Part shown: positions 21,289 through 32,747 of the stretch, piece by piece
Layout: every line of letters begins with the position of its first letter
Numbering within the stretch: the first letter of the stretch is position 1
Assembly: GCA_029882685.1 (NCBI GenBank)
Contig: JAOUKH010000001.1
Coordinates: forward strand, 3,159-67,158
Reading direction: 5' to 3'
From: Cyclobacteriaceae bacterium
GTDB taxonomy: Bacteria > Bacteroidota > Bacteroidia > Cytophagales > Cyclobacteriaceae
DNA length: 64,000 nucleotides
Translations under genes and position numbers: made by a program
Notes under the pieces: generated by a model
Seen by the model: only the letters and a program-made list of their open reading frames with translations
Told to the model about the DNA's origin: nothing
The model's database searches: none

Positions 21289-22842
21289 TTAATCTACATT
21301 ATCATGAAGGAATTTATTATTCCCTAAAATTTGATTGTCATCATTCAAGTTATACCGAGACACATGAGGCTCGGATGAATGTGGCACGTTATGCAAACGC
21401 ACATCTTTACGCAAATATGCTGGCACATCTAATTTTTGTTTAAAATCATCAGACTCTATTACAGGTTTATTAAGACCTTTTAACTTTCTGACCCTTTCTT
21501 TAGCCTGTTCCTCAAGCCTTGACTTAGTGTTGATCACTTTCATCATCCCTTCTTCGTCAATACCTTGATCTGTGTTAGATTCTTCAATCTCAAAATCGTT
21601 TTCTAAACTGTTAAATAATACATCATCGTTTTCTTCAGGAAATTCTTTTGGAGTTTCTTCAGGATCTAATTTGTTCGAAAATGAATATGGTCGCTCAGGA
21701 ACTTCTTCAGTTAGATCAGGATCAATAGTCTTTAATGTTATTTCATCTGATGTATTTCTTTCAGGTTCTGCATTAAATAAATCGAATTGATTATCTTTTT
21801 CCAGATTGAACACTTTAGGTTGTTCATTATCAACTGATTTTTTTTCAATTGGTATTAATCGTTCAGACTTATCTTCAAAACCAGTAGCTATAACTGTTAC
21901 TCTTATGCTTTCTTCTAACTCAGGATCCACACCATGTCCAAAAATTACTTCAGCTTCATCTCCTGCCATTTCTTGAATATATTCAGTTATTTCTGTAAGC
22001 TCATCCATTTGTAATTCAGCTTGGTTTCCTGAAATAATAGACAATAGTATTTTCTTAGCTCCTTGGATATCTTTATTGTCCAATAGGGGAGATGCCAGAG
22101 CTTCTTCAGCTGCTTTTCTAGCTCTATTCTCACCTTTGGTTTCAGAGGATCCCATTACAGCAGCCCCAGCGTTATGAATTACAGTACGAACATCTTGAAA
22201 ATCTACATTTACAATACCAGCTACAGTAATTATTTCAGCAATACCTTTAGCACCTGTTGTCAATACATTGTCGGCCTGACTAAATGCGTTACCGATGGTA
22301 AGATTACCATATATTTGTCTCAGCTTATCATTTGAAATAACTAGTACAGTATCACAATTGGCTCTTAATTCATCAATACCATCTTGTGCTTGTTGCATTT
22401 TCTTTTTTCCTTCGAAGGAGAATGGTGCAGTAACAATTCCTACCGTAAGTACATCCAGTTCTTTAGCTACTTGGGCAATTACTGGGGCAGCTCCAGTTCC
22501 AGTTCCTCCACCCATACCAGCGGTTATAAATACCATTTTGGTATCAATTCCTAAAAACTCTCGAATATCTTCTTTGCTTTCTAGAGCAGCATTTTTTCCC
22601 ACTTCGGGATTTGCTCCTGCTCCTAAACCTTCGGTAAGATTAACCCCTATCTGAAGGCGGTTAGGTACTGGACTACTTTTTAAAGCTTGCAAATCTGTAT
22701 TGCAAATAACGAATTCTACATCTTTAATACCTTGATTATACATATGGTTTACGGCATTACTTCCTCCACCTCCAACACCGATTACTTTAATAATCGACTT
22801 GTGGTGCTTTGGGATATCAAACTTGTAAGTTGAATCTGACAT
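21289..22842 (-). CDS. ftsZ: Cell division protein FtsZ
   Basis: Tubulin signature GGGTGTGAAPV, N-terminal VIGVGGGGSNAV, and a long acidic C-terminal linker. Confidence 0.97.
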   Translation of the reverse strand: MSDSTYKFDIPKHHKSIIKVIGVGGGGSNAVNHMYNQGIKDVEFVICNTDLQALKSSPVPNRLQIGVNLTEGLGAGANPEVGKNAALESKEDIREFLGIDTKMVFITAGMGGGTGTGAAPVIAQVAKELDVLTVGIVTAPFSFEGKKKMQQAQDGIDELRANCDTVLVISNDKLRQIYGNLTIGNAFSQADNVLTTGAKGIAEIITVAGIVNVDFQDVRTVIHNAGAAVMGSSETKGENRARKAAEEALASPLLDNKDIQGAKKILLSIISGNQAELQMDELTEITEYIQEMAGDEAEVIFGHGVDPELEESIRVTVIATGFEDKSERLIPIEKKSVDNEQPKVFNLEKDNQFDLFNAEPERNTSDEITLKTIDPDLTEEVPERPYSFSNKLDPEETPKEFPEENDDVLFNSLENDFEIEESNTDQGIDEEGMMKVINTKSRLEEQAKERVRKLKGLNKPVIESDDFKQKLDVPAYLRKDVRLHNVPHSSEPHVSRYNLNDDNQILGNNKFLHDNVD

Positions 22843-22891
22843 TATTTTGTTAGTTAGTGGTAGTTTCTTTTTTTAATTAATTATTTAATAA

Positions 22892-24208
22892 CTAATAATT
22901 GTTTTCTAACTGATCATCAATTAGTAAACCTTTGGTCTTGTTTAGAATTTTCTTGAAAAAGTCTTCGCTCTTCAACTCCTTTTTTACTGAAGCAGCATTC
23001 ATATTGTTGTCAACTTTCACATCATTGTATCTGTTTTCGCGTTCATCTAATGCTCTAAATCCAGAAAGAACTAGCCCAACTGAAGTGGCATACATTGGAC
23101 TTTTCACACTATCCATTTTACTTTTACCCAAATGCTCATTAGGATAACCTACACGTGCATCCATGCCAGTCATATACTCTACTAATTGCTTTAAGCAATT
23201 GAGTTGAGATCCACCACCAGTGATAATTATACCACCTGCTAATTTTCCATCAAATCCTGAAGTAATAATTTCAGCATGAGCTAGCTCAATTATTTCTATC
23301 ATCCTAGCTTCTACAATGTGCGCTAGATTTTTTATAGATATCTCTTTTGGCTGCCTATTTCGTAAGCCAGGTATAGATACTATTTCATTCGGACTAGCTT
23401 CTTCGGCAATTGCTTTTCCAAACTTAGTTTTTAACAATTCAGCTTGGTGTTGCATAACCATACAGCCTTGTTTGATGTCAGAGGTGATAATATTACCCCC
23501 AAAAGGGATTACAGCAGTATGTCGTATAATATTATCATGAAAAACAGCAACATCTGTTGTGCCGCCTCCAATATCAATTAAGCAAACACCAGCTTCTTTT
23601 TCCTCCTCACTTAGCACAGCCAAGCTTGAGGCCAGAGGTTCTAGGATTAAGTTTTCTATTTCTAACCCAGCACGTTTCACACATTTATTAATATTGTTAA
23701 TGGCATTTGTTTGTGCTGTGATTACATGAAAATCAGCTTCTAACTTTACCCCCGACATTCCTACTGGATCCATAATTCCTTCTTCGTAATCTACTATATA
23801 ATCCTGAGGCATTACGTGTATAATTTCGCTCCCTGGCGGAATCACTATTCTGTACATGTCATTGGTAAGTCGGTTAACATCTTCGATAGTGATTTCGTCA
23901 TCTGAAGAATTCCGAGTGATACTTCCATGATGAATAGAGCTCTTAATATGTTGTCCTGCAATACCAACATTTACTACTCTAATATCAATGCCCGATGTAT
24001 TTTCAGCTTCTCTTACTGCTTTTTGAATTGCGGTCACGGTTTTGTCAATGTTTGTTACTATGCCTCGGATAACACCATCTGACTCGGCTTTACCCATGCC
24101 CAAAACCTCGAGTTTCCCAAACTCGTTTTTTCGACCTACAATCGCACATATTTTTGTTGTGCCTATGTCTAGGCCAACTACGATTTTGTCATTTTCCATA
24201 TTATTCAT
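22892..24208 (-). CDS. ftsA: Cell division protein FtsA
   Basis: Actin-fold phosphate motifs GLDIGTTKICAIVG and IDIGGGTTDVAVF. Sits between ftsQ and ftsZ. Confidence 0.95.
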   Translation of the reverse strand: MNNMENDKIVVGLDIGTTKICAIVGRKNEFGKLEVLGMGKAESDGVIRGIVTNIDKTVTAIQKAVREAENTSGIDIRVVNVGIAGQHIKSSIHHGSITRNSSDDEITIEDVNRLTNDMYRIVIPPGSEIIHVMPQDYIVDYEEGIMDPVGMSGVKLEADFHVITAQTNAINNINKCVKRAGLEIENLILEPLASSLAVLSEEEKEAGVCLIDIGGGTTDVAVFHDNIIRHTAVIPFGGNIITSDIKQGCMVMQHQAELLKTKFGKAIAEEASPNEIVSIPGLRNRQPKEISIKNLAHIVEARMIEIIELAHAEIITSGFDGKLAGGIIITGGGSQLNCLKQLVEYMTGMDARVGYPNEHLGKSKMDSVKSPMYATSVGLVLSGFRALDERENRYNDVKVDNNMNAASVKKELKSEDFFKKILNKTKGLLIDDQLENNY

Positions 24209-24270
24209 TTTAGTGGTTGTTTATTGTTTAAGCCAGTCTTCCATTCTGACTTTGGTTTTCATTGTTTCAT

Positions 24271-25035
24271 TTAATCTGCAATAATTTGCCCCTCATATTT
24301 GAGGTTTACTTTTTCGTAATAGTTCCAGCCTTTTAATGGCAATATTCGTTTGTAAAATATTTTTAACTTTTTAAACTTCTCTTCTATATCTTCTATCTGA
24401 CCGAATTCCACATACTGCTTCGTGATTTGTGGATATATAATAACTTCTCTGTTTTCAGATATTTCTATTTGAGCAATCTGAGCTTTCCAAAAATTATCTT
24501 TATTAATAAATTTGATCATTTTGAATAAAGCTGGATTTGTTTGAAGTAGTGACGTTTCTGCTTTTATCACTTCTTCTCCACCCTTTCCGCTTATTAGTAC
24601 AACTCGAGAGTTAAATTTGTTAGTTACAGGTAGTATTTCACCCTCTTCGGAGATGTATGCATCTTTTTTTTCACTTCGTATAATCCTTGCAATTGGTCTT
24701 CTGAGATTAGCTTTAACGATCAGATTTCCTTTTAAATCCTTAAATACTTCTGTTTCTTTTACATAAGGAGAGGTTAATATTCTATTTTCAATTTCTTTCA
24801 GATTTATATCATAGAATGGTTTTCCTATTATCACGTCATCTCCTCCATGATTTAATAAGTTTATTACATCTTGTTTGTCGATGTAATAGTTTTCATGTTG
24901 ATTTTCTATAGTAACGAAAATGTTGTTGCAAGTCTCTGTTCCATACTCTCTATTAGCAAATGCTATTAGAAAGAATAATATCATTACGCTTAATAATACC
25001 TTTACTGATTTCGCTATTTTAAATCGTTTAAACAC
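24271..25035 (-). CDS. ftsQ: Cell division protein FtsQ (POTRA)
   Basis: Single N-terminal TM, size and position between murC and ftsA. Confidence 0.8.
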   Translation of the reverse strand: MFKRFKIAKSVKVLLSVMILFFLIAFANREYGTETCNNIFVTIENQHENYYIDKQDVINLLNHGGDDVIIGKPFYDINLKEIENRILTSPYVKETEVFKDLKGNLIVKANLRRPIARIIRSEKKDAYISEEGEILPVTNKFNSRVVLISGKGGEEVIKAETSLLQTNPALFKMIKFINKDNFWKAQIAQIEISENREVIIYPQITKQYVEFGQIEDIEEKFKKLKIFYKRILPLKGWNYYEKVNLKYEGQIIAD

Positions 25036-26422
25036 TATAATTTTTAGTTAGGCTATTTTTAATTTTATTTACAAACTGATCGATATCTCCTGCTCCAATA
25101 GTAACTACTACTTCTAATTCTTTTTTTTCAACCTCCTTCATTAAGTCCTCTTTAGTAGTAATAATTTTTTCTACTTCAATATTTTTATATATAATTTCGG
25201 AGGTTACCCCATCAATGGGTAGTTCTCTTGCAGGATAAATATCCATTAGTATCACTTCATCAGAGTAGTTGAGACTTTTAGCAAAATCTTCTGCAAAATC
25301 TTGCGTGCGAGAGAATAGGTGTGGTTGGAAAATGGTAGTAAGCTTTTTATTAGGGTAAATAGCTTTTACCGATTTCAAAAAAGCTTCAATTTCAGTAGGG
25401 TGATGAGCATAATCATCGATGTAAACTACTTTATCGGAACGAACAATATATTCGAACCTTCTTTTTACTCCAGAATAAGAAGATACAGCTTTTCTTATTT
25501 CAGATTCTTTTACTCCCACTTGTAAAGCAACAGCTATTGCTGCTACCATATTTTCAACATTATAAAAACCAGGGACGCTCGAACTTAACCTATTAATTTT
25601 ATGACCTCCACCACAGAAGTCAAACTCAAAAAATCCGTTTGTTATATTTAGGTTATCGGCAAAAAATAGCCCCTGATTAATGCCATATGTATTAATCTCT
25701 ACATCGAAATTATGTGGGTTGATTTCATTTGTTAATTTTTCATTGATATATAATTGACCATTGCTTTTCATCTGACTAATAAATTCTTTGAATGAATTTT
25801 TTAGTTCGTTTTTATTTCCATAAATATCTAAATGATCGGCATCCATAGAAGTGATAATAGCCATGTTTGAATGAAGGGTCAAAAATGACCTATCAAATTC
25901 ATCAGCTTCTACAACTGCAATGGTGTCTTCTTTTAACTCTTCGTTTATTATTAAATTAGAATTATAGTTGGTAGATATACCACCCATAAATGCAGTGATA
26001 TCTTTTCCAGATGATTTTAAAATATGTGCCACCATAGATGAGGTGGTAGTTTTACCATGAGTACCCGCAACTGCAATGGTGTAAATATCTTTTGTAATTA
26101 GCCCTAGTACCTCAGAGCGTTTCATAATTTCTAACCCTTGTTGTTTCAGGTATGTAAGTTCTTTATGCTGACTTGGAACAGCAGGGGTGTAAACTACTAA
26201 TGATTTTGATTTATCAACGAGTAGACCTGAAGGAATATGATCAATACTATCTTCATAATGCACGGTTATACCTTCACTCTCTAAGCTTTGTGTGAGGGGT
26301 GTATTGGTTCTGTCATACCCATACACTTCTATACCATTTTGGTTAAACCAACGAGCAATAGCACTCATTCCTATACCACCAATCCCTATAAAATAGACAA
26401 TATGTAAATCTTCTATTTTCAT
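25028..26422 (-). CDS. murC: UDP-N-acetylmuramate--L-alanine ligase
   Basis: GIGGIGMSAIA Rossmann motif and Mur ligase P-loop GTHGKTTT. Confidence 0.95.
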   Translation of the reverse strand: MKIEDLHIVYFIGIGGIGMSAIARWFNQNGIEVYGYDRTNTPLTQSLESEGITVHYEDSIDHIPSGLLVDKSKSLVVYTPAVPSQHKELTYLKQQGLEIMKRSEVLGLITKDIYTIAVAGTHGKTTTSSMVAHILKSSGKDITAFMGGISTNYNSNLIINEELKEDTIAVVEADEFDRSFLTLHSNMAIITSMDADHLDIYGNKNELKNSFKEFISQMKSNGQLYINEKLTNEINPHNFDVEINTYGINQGLFFADNLNITNGFFEFDFCGGGHKINRLSSSVPGFYNVENMVAAIAVALQVGVKESEIRKAVSSYSGVKRRFEYIVRSDKVVYIDDYAHHPTEIEAFLKSVKAIYPNKKLTTIFQPHLFSRTQDFAEDFAKSLNYSDEVILMDIYPARELPIDGVTSEIIYKNIEVEKIITTKEDLMKEVEKKELEVVVTIGAGDIDQFVNKIKNSLTKNYSV

Positions 26423-27528
26423 GTTATTTGTTGTATTGCTACTTTCATTATATTATTTGCTGCATTCGGCATTCCCATTTTTGAAATATTGTATGCCATC
26501 AATTGACACATCTTTTCGTTGTAAACTAACCCAATGACTTCATCTACCAATTGACCGACTGCATTTTTATCTTTGATTAGCTTAGCAGCCTCATTTTTCA
26601 TCAATGCCATTGCATTTTTGGTTTGGTGGTCTTCAGTCACATTAGGTGATGGAATCAGAATAACTGGTTTTTTTGCCAAACATAATTCTGAGATGGACAA
26701 TGCTCCAGCTCTAGATACAACTACATCAGCAGCAGAATAAGCCAAATCCATTTCTTTAATAAAGGCACTCATTCTCACATTAGTTGTATTATGGCCAATG
26801 AGTTTATTCTTCATTTCATCATAATAGAACCTTCCTGTTTGCCAAATTAGTTGTACATCTGTGTCAATTATTTTATCAATATCTTTAATAATGGCATTGT
26901 TAATAGTGCGAGCACCAAGACTCCCCCCAAGTACTAGTATTGTTTTTTTATTTTCATCAAACCCAAAATGTTTTATAGCCTCATCTCTTTTTCTTTCAAC
27001 ATTTATAATATCCTTTCTTACAGGATTCCCTGTCAATACTACCTTTGTTGAGTCAAAATACTTATCCATTCCTTCGTATGCTACGCATACTTTTTTCGCT
27101 TTTTTTGACATTCGTTTGTTGGCAAGCCCTGCATATGAGTTTTGTTCTTGAATAATGGAAGGAACGTTCATACTATTGGCAGCCATCATTATAGGTCCTG
27201 ATGCATATCCACCAAAACCTATGACTACGTCAGGTTTAAAATCTTTTATTATTTTTCTAGCTTTTAAATAACTAACTATAACCTTTAAAGGAAAAAATAT
27301 GTTTTCAAGAGTTATTCTTCTCTGAATTCCACTTATCCAAAGTCCAACTATGTTATAGCCTGCCTCAGGTACTTTTTGCATTTCCATCTTTCCATTTGCC
27401 CCAACAAACAAAATTTTTGTTTCAGGGTGCTTATCTCGTATGGTATTAGCCACAGCAATAGCAGGATAGATATGTCCGCCAGTTCCTCCTCCAGTTATAA
27501 TAAATCGATATGGTCGTTGTTTATCCAA
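26419..27528 (-). CDS. murG: UDP-GlcNAc:lipid I GlcNAc transferase MurG
   Basis: N-terminal GGTGGHIYPA motif. 4-nt overlap with murC. Confidence 0.95.
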   Translation of the reverse strand: MDKQRPYRFIITGGGTGGHIYPAIAVANTIRDKHPETKILFVGANGKMEMQKVPEAGYNIVGLWISGIQRRITLENIFFPLKVIVSYLKARKIIKDFKPDVVIGFGGYASGPIMMAANSMNVPSIIQEQNSYAGLANKRMSKKAKKVCVAYEGMDKYFDSTKVVLTGNPVRKDIINVERKRDEAIKHFGFDENKKTILVLGGSLGARTINNAIIKDIDKIIDTDVQLIWQTGRFYYDEMKNKLIGHNTTNVRMSAFIKEMDLAYSAADVVVSRAGALSISELCLAKKPVILIPSPNVTEDHQTKNAMALMKNEAAKLIKDKNAVGQLVDEVIGLVYNEKMCQLMAYNISKMGMPNAANNIMKVAIQQIT

Positions 27529-27575
27529 AAGTTGAATTGTCTACAGTTGTTTGTGTTTTATGTGATTGTTTTTAA

Positions 27576-28742
27576 TCATAATTCTGCTTTAGGTACATTT
27601 CTAATTTCTTGAACTACAGTTTTCCATTCGTTATCAGTGTGACCACGACTTACACTTAATATTATTCCTAATGAAAACCCTGTAAACAATAATGAGGTAC
27701 CCCCCATACTAATTAATGGTAGTGGCAGACCAGTTACAGGACCTAACCCAACAACTACACCCATATTTACCATTGCTTGTAATACGATGGCAAAACTGAG
27801 TCCTGCTGCCAACAGCCCTCCATAAGCTTGTTCACTTTTTGACACACCTTTCATTCCTCGATACAGTAAAATCAAGTATAGTAGTAATACAGTAATACCT
27901 CCTGTCATTCCATATTCTTCAATAATAATTGCATATACAAAATCAGAATATGGTGCAGGCAAAATATTGCGTTGTGTACTTTTACCAGGCCCTTTACCTA
28001 CTATCCCACCAGATGCTACAGCTATAAACCCATGTTTTGCATGAAAACTCACTTCATCTTCATTAAAAAAACTTTCTATTCTACTTTTTGCAGTTGCTCC
28101 CCGTACCCCAAATTCTAGAGCTAACACACCTGCAAGACTTCCTACAAAAATTAACATTGCTAAATATTTTACTGGAACTCTTCCAATAAACATCAATAAC
28201 ATACATGTTGCGAAAAGAAGAATAGCTGAAGAAAGATTTGTTAAAGCAATTAATCCGCAGATCACACCACACCATATTAATATTGAGATAAATGATTCTT
28301 TAAAAGAATCAATATTTTGTTGACGTTTTGCCAACATACTAGCCAAACTTGTAATAAGAGCTAAACTGGCTAAATCAGAAGGCTGGAATGTTTTATTAAT
28401 AATTGGGATTACAATCCAACGAGAAGCATCATTGATGGTTGTTCCGTTTGTAAAAGTAAATATCAAGAGAGGCACACTTACCCATAGTGCAAAGCGGGAT
28501 AGTTTTGAATAGTATCGATAATCTATTTTATGTGCAGCCCACATTGCACCTAAACCTAAAAACAATAGAATAGAATGATTAATCAAATAACTTTCAGGGT
28601 TGGTCATATTTTTGAAAGCTAGTGTACCTGTAGCACTATATACCACCATAATGCTGAATATGGATAAAGCAAACACAACTATCCATATCACAGGATCACC
28701 CTGTAAATGTTTATCTGTCCATTGTTTTACTTTTTCCATCAT
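27576..28742 (-). CDS. ftsW: SEDS-family peptidoglycan glycosyltransferase FtsW
   Basis: Polytopic membrane protein with an FtsW/RodA C-terminal region (PLPLISMGGTSL), in the dcw position. Confidence 0.92.
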   Translation of the reverse strand: MMEKVKQWTDKHLQGDPVIWIVVFALSIFSIMVVYSATGTLAFKNMTNPESYLINHSILLFLGLGAMWAAHKIDYRYYSKLSRFALWVSVPLLIFTFTNGTTINDASRWIVIPIINKTFQPSDLASLALITSLASMLAKRQQNIDSFKESFISILIWCGVICGLIALTNLSSAILLFATCMLLMFIGRVPVKYLAMLIFVGSLAGVLALEFGVRGATAKSRIESFFNEDEVSFHAKHGFIAVASGGIVGKGPGKSTQRNILPAPYSDFVYAIIIEEYGMTGGITVLLLYLILLYRGMKGVSKSEQAYGGLLAAGLSFAIVLQAMVNMGVVVGLGPVTGLPLPLISMGGTSLLFTGFSLGIILSVSRGHTDNEWKTVVQEIRNVPKAEL

Positions 28743-28743
28743 A

Positions 28744-30099
28744 CTAGTTGCTATAAGTGTTTTTTAAGTTCAATACTGCTTCTTTGAATTGATTACCTCG
28801 ATCTTCATAATTGTTAAATAAGTCGAAACTTGCACATGCTGGAGAAAGTAGCACTACATCATTTGCTTTAGCAGAATTCATTGCAGAGTCTATTGCCTGC
28901 TTCATATTATCTGTTTCAAGCATATTTACTATTTGATCATGAAAAGCATTTCTCAATTTTTTATTATCTTTTCCTAAACACACTAATGTTTTTACTTTAT
29001 TGTTTACCAGCTTCATTATTTGTTGGTAATCATTTCCTTTGTCTATTCCTCCAGCTATCCAAACTAAACTATCATTAAAACTCTCTAAAGCATACTTGGT
29101 AGCTTCAACATTAGTGGCCTTTGAATCATTGTAAAAATCTACATCTTTAATAGTGGCAACATATTCCAATCGATGAGGTGCATTTTTAAATGTTTTTAGT
29201 CCACTTCTAATATCTTTTTCTGATACACCAACTTTGAATGCTGCTAATACAGCAGCCATAGTGTTGATGAGGTTGTGTCGACCTTTTAATGTTGTTTCTC
29301 TTTGTTTGATTTGTATAACTTGCTGATTAATGTTAAAAAGCATTTCATCACCAATAACCCTTGCTGACTGAGTTGTATCTTCTGATAAAGTAATTGGATG
29401 TTTTACACCTTTATAGGTTTCGGATTCTATCTTATATTTAATATTCTCATCGTCATTAAAATAGATAAATGAGGAGTTTGATTTTAGATTTTCTATTAAT
29501 CTAAATTTAGAATTAATGTATTTTTTAAAGTCATTGTCATACCTATTAAGGTGGTCAGGAGTGATATTGAGCAAGACTGCTACTTCAGGAGAAAAAGTAT
29601 CAATTCCATCAATTTGGAAACTACTGATCTCTATTACAAAGTAGTCTTTGTCATCTTTAATCATTTGTTTTGCTAAACTTTCACCAACATTTCCAGCAAG
29701 TCCAACATTAAACCCTGCTTGTTTTAATAAATGATAGATGAGTAGTGTAGTAGTAGTTTTTCCATTTGTGCCCGTTATGGCAATAATTCTCGCATTAGTA
29801 TATCTACTGGCAAATTCGATTTCGTCAATAACACTGATGCCTCTTCTGATAGCTCCTTGTAATATTTTTGCCGACTCTGGTATTCCAGGGCTTTTAATAA
29901 TTGTACTCGTTTCGTAAATCTTTTTTTCAGTATGCTGTCCTTGCTCATAATCAATTCCTAAATCTTTTAGTTGCTGAATATATTTTGGCTGTATTGTACC
30001 TATGTCTGAAACGAATACATCATACCCTTTCGCTTTTGCTAATAAGGCTGCTCCTGTGCCACTTTCACCTGCTCCTAATATGACTATTCGTTTATTCAT
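28744..30099 (-). CDS. murD: UDP-N-acetylmuramoylalanine--D-glutamate ligase
   Basis: GAGESGTGAA dinucleotide-type fold and P-loop GTNGKTTT. Confidence 0.95.
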   Translation of the reverse strand: MNKRIVILGAGESGTGAALLAKAKGYDVFVSDIGTIQPKYIQQLKDLGIDYEQGQHTEKKIYETSTIIKSPGIPESAKILQGAIRRGISVIDEIEFASRYTNARIIAITGTNGKTTTTLLIYHLLKQAGFNVGLAGNVGESLAKQMIKDDKDYFVIEISSFQIDGIDTFSPEVAVLLNITPDHLNRYDNDFKKYINSKFRLIENLKSNSSFIYFNDDENIKYKIESETYKGVKHPITLSEDTTQSARVIGDEMLFNINQQVIQIKQRETTLKGRHNLINTMAAVLAAFKVGVSEKDIRSGLKTFKNAPHRLEYVATIKDVDFYNDSKATNVEATKYALESFNDSLVWIAGGIDKGNDYQQIMKLVNNKVKTLVCLGKDNKKLRNAFHDQIVNMLETDNMKQAIDSAMNSAKANDVVLLSPACASFDLFNNYEDRGNQFKEAVLNLKNTYSN

Positions 30100-31277
30100 T
30101 ATCTAAGTTTCAAAGTAGCTAATGTTAGTACTGCTAGTAGTATTCCAATAATCCAGAATCGAATTACAATCTTTGATTCTGGCATATCTGATTTTTGATA
30201 ATGATGATGTAATGGTGCCATTTTCAACACGCGTCTACCTTCACCATATTTTCTTTTTGTGTATTTGAAATAACCTACCTGAACAATTACTGATAAACTT
30301 TCTATTAAAAACACACCGCATAGAATAGGGATAAGTAATTCCTTACGAATCACTAATGCAGAAACTGCAATTATACCTCCAATCGAAAGGCTTCCAGTGT
30401 CTCCCATAAATACTTGAGCTGGATACGAATTATACCATAAGAATCCTAAGCAAGCTCCTACAAAAGCAGTTGAAAAGACTACTACTTCTCCTAAATTAGG
30501 GATATACATTATGTTCAGATATTCTGTAAAATCAGTTCTTCCTGATATGTAAGCCAAAATAGCTATAGTAATTCCTACAACTGCTGAAGTGCCTGCAGCA
30601 AGTCCATCTAGTCCATCAGTAATATTTACTCCATTAGAAACCGCTGTGATTATAAAAATGACTATTAACACATAAATAACCCACGTGTAATCAGTGCCTA
30701 TAAATGGGATGAGATTATCGTAATTCAGCAAATTATCTTTGAAAAAAGGAACAGATGTTATATTCGATTTTACCACATTAAACCCCTCTCCAACATATTC
30801 ACCGATCATAACATCGGGATGAAAAAATAGTGTTAGTCCAACAATAACCCCAATACACACTTGCCCTAGAATTTTAAATTTACCAGCTAATCCTTCCTTA
30901 TTTTTTTTAAAAACTTTTATGTAATCATCAAGGAAACCAATAGCTCCTAACCAAATAGTAGTGATTAAAAGTAGGATAACATAAATATTATCAAGCTTTG
31001 CAAAAAGTAGTGTAGGAATTACAATAGCACTTATTATGATAATTCCTCCCATGGTAGGAGTACCTTTCTTCTCCATCTGACCTTGTAGACCTAAATCTCT
31101 AACCGTCTCCCCAATTTGCTTTTTTTGAAGTATTTGGATTAATTTCTTTCCAAAAATGATGGTTATAAGAAGTGACAATATCACAGCTGCACCAGCTCTA
31201 AAGGAAATATATTGAAATACTCCTGCACCGATTAGGTTAAATTGCTGATCTAGATATTCAAATAAATAATATAACAT
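30099..31277 (-). CDS. mraY: Phospho-N-acetylmuramoyl-pentapeptide transferase
   Basis: MraY motifs [29 protein letters not shown]. Confidence 0.96.
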   Translation of the reverse strand: MLYYLFEYLDQQFNLIGAGVFQYISFRAGAAVILSLLITIIFGKKLIQILQKKQIGETVRDLGLQGQMEKKGTPTMGGIIIISAIVIPTLLFAKLDNIYVILLLITTIWLGAIGFLDDYIKVFKKNKEGLAGKFKILGQVCIGVIVGLTLFFHPDVMIGEYVGEGFNVVKSNITSVPFFKDNLLNYDNLIPFIGTDYTWVIYVLIVIFIITAVSNGVNITDGLDGLAAGTSAVVGITIAILAYISGRTDFTEYLNIMYIPNLGEVVVFSTAFVGACLGFLWYNSYPAQVFMGDTGSLSIGGIIAVSALVIRKELLIPILCGVFLIESLSVIVQVGYFKYTKRKYGEGRRVLKMAPLHHHYQKSDMPESKIVIRFWIIGILLAVLTLATLKLR

Positions 31278-31286
31278 GCTTTATTT

Positions 31287-32747
31287 CTAACTTATTAAGT
31301 TCAACATTCTTCCAAGTACTTCTCGGTCATCAAAATGATGTTTTACTCCTTTGATTTCCTGATAAGTTTCGTGTCCTTTTCCTGCCACTAGTATTATATC
31401 ATTTTTTTGTGCTAAAAGGCAGGCTGTTTTTATTGCTTCTTCTCTATCAGAAAGCACAACTGTTTTTTTATAATCGGAAGGACTAACGCCCTTTTTCATA
31501 TCATTTATAATATCACCAGGTTCTTCATCTCTTGGATTGTCCGAAGTAAGTATCACTTTATTGCTCAGTACAGTAGCTATTGATGCCATTAATGGTCTTT
31601 TTTCTTTATCACGGTTTCCTCCGCAACCTACTACTGTAATTAATTGTTCATTGCCCGTGCGGAAATCATTAATGGTTTTAAGAACATTTTTTAATGCATC
31701 AGGCGTATGTGCATAATCTACAATAGCAGTTATTTTTGCCTTATTTTTTACTTGTTCAAATCTTCCAGGAGCAGCATTGAGTAAAGTAAGTTGTGCTAAT
31801 ACTTCTTCTGATTCCTCACCTAGTAATACGCCTGTAGCATATGCTGCTAGTAAATTATATCCATTAAAATCTCCAATAAGCCTAAACCAAGCTTCCTTGT
31901 TGTCTACTTGCATTTCAAGCCCTTCTAACGAATTGGAAATAATTTTTCCTTTGAAATCAGCAATACTCTTAAAAGCATAACTATGCTTATTTGCCTTAGT
32001 ATTTTGAAGCATAATAGTACTTCTTTTATCGTCTTTATTTATCAAAGCAAAAGCATCATCACTCAAACCATCAAATAATTTCTTTTTAGCAGCTATGTAA
32101 GCATCAAAAGTTTTGTGATAATCAAGATGATCGTGGGTTAGATTGGTAAAAATAGCTCCTGAAAACTCTAAACCAACCACTCTTCCCTGATCAATAGCAT
32201 GAGAACTTACCTCCATAAAACAATGCGTGCAACCATTTTTCACCATTTCAGCAAGTAGCTGATTCAATTGAACAGGATCTGGGGTAGTATGTGTAGCGAG
32301 TATTTCTTTATCTATAATTTTATTAGTTACAGTAGAAAGAAGACCAGTTTTATAGCCTAAATTCATAAAAAGGTTATAGAGCAAAGAAACGGTTGTTGTT
32401 TTTCCATTGGTACCAGTTATTCCTATCAGATACATTTTTCTAGAAGGATTACCATAAAAATTAGAGGATACTACCCCCAAAGTTTCAGCACTATTTTTTA
32501 CGGTTAAATAAGTGATTCCTTTTTTTAATCTTTCTGGTAATTGTTCAGCAACAATTGCTATTGCTCCATCCTTTATAGCTTTATTGATATAGTCATGCCC
32601 ATCAGCTTGTGTGCCTTTTACCGCTACAAATAGTGTCCCTTTCTTCACTTTGCGAGAATCAAAACAAATGTCATTCACTTCTACTTTCATATTTCCAGAA
32701 GAAGTAGTTAACGAAACATTTTTTAGTATGTCCTTTAATAATGCCAT
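31287..32747 (-). CDS. murE: UDP-MurNAc-L-Ala-D-Glu--2,6-diaminopimelate ligase
   Basis: P-loop GTNGKTTT and the DNPR motif (TSDNPRDE) typical of meso-DAP-adding MurE. Confidence 0.93.
   Translation of the reverse strand: MALLKDILKNVSLTTSSGNMKVEVNDICFDSRKVKKGTLFVAVKGTQADGHDYINKAIKDGAIAIVAEQLPERLKKGITYLTVKNSAETLGVVSSNFYGNPSRKMYLIGITGTNGKTTTVSLLYNLFMNLGYKTGLLSTVTNKIIDKEILATHTTPDPVQLNQLLAEMVKNGCTHCFMEVSSHAIDQGRVVGLEFSGAIFTNLTHDHLDYHKTFDAYIAAKKKLFDGLSDDAFALINKDDKRSTIMLQNTKANKHSYAFKSIADFKGKIISNSLEGLEMQVDNKEAWFRLIGDFNGYNLLAAYATGVLLGEESEEVLAQLTLLNAAPGRFEQVKNKAKITAIVDYAHTPDALKNVLKTINDFRTGNEQLITVVGCGGNRDKEKRPLMASIATVLSNKVILTSDNPRDEEPGDIINDMKKGVSPSDYKKTVVLSDREEAIKTACLLAQKNDIILVAGKGHETYQEIKGVKHHFDDREVLGRMLNLIS

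Noticed and set aside
21289-21900. Unusually long, acidic, low-complexity C-terminal region of FtsZ (517 aa)
   Set aside because: Long disordered C-terminal linkers are common in Bacteroidota FtsZ. The reading frame is intact and ends with a basic, conserved-looking tail.
30099-32747. murF is missing between murE and mraY in the dcw cluster
   Set aside because: As far as I know this is the normal Bacteroidota dcw organisation, with murF encoded elsewhere. It is not a deletion or anomaly.
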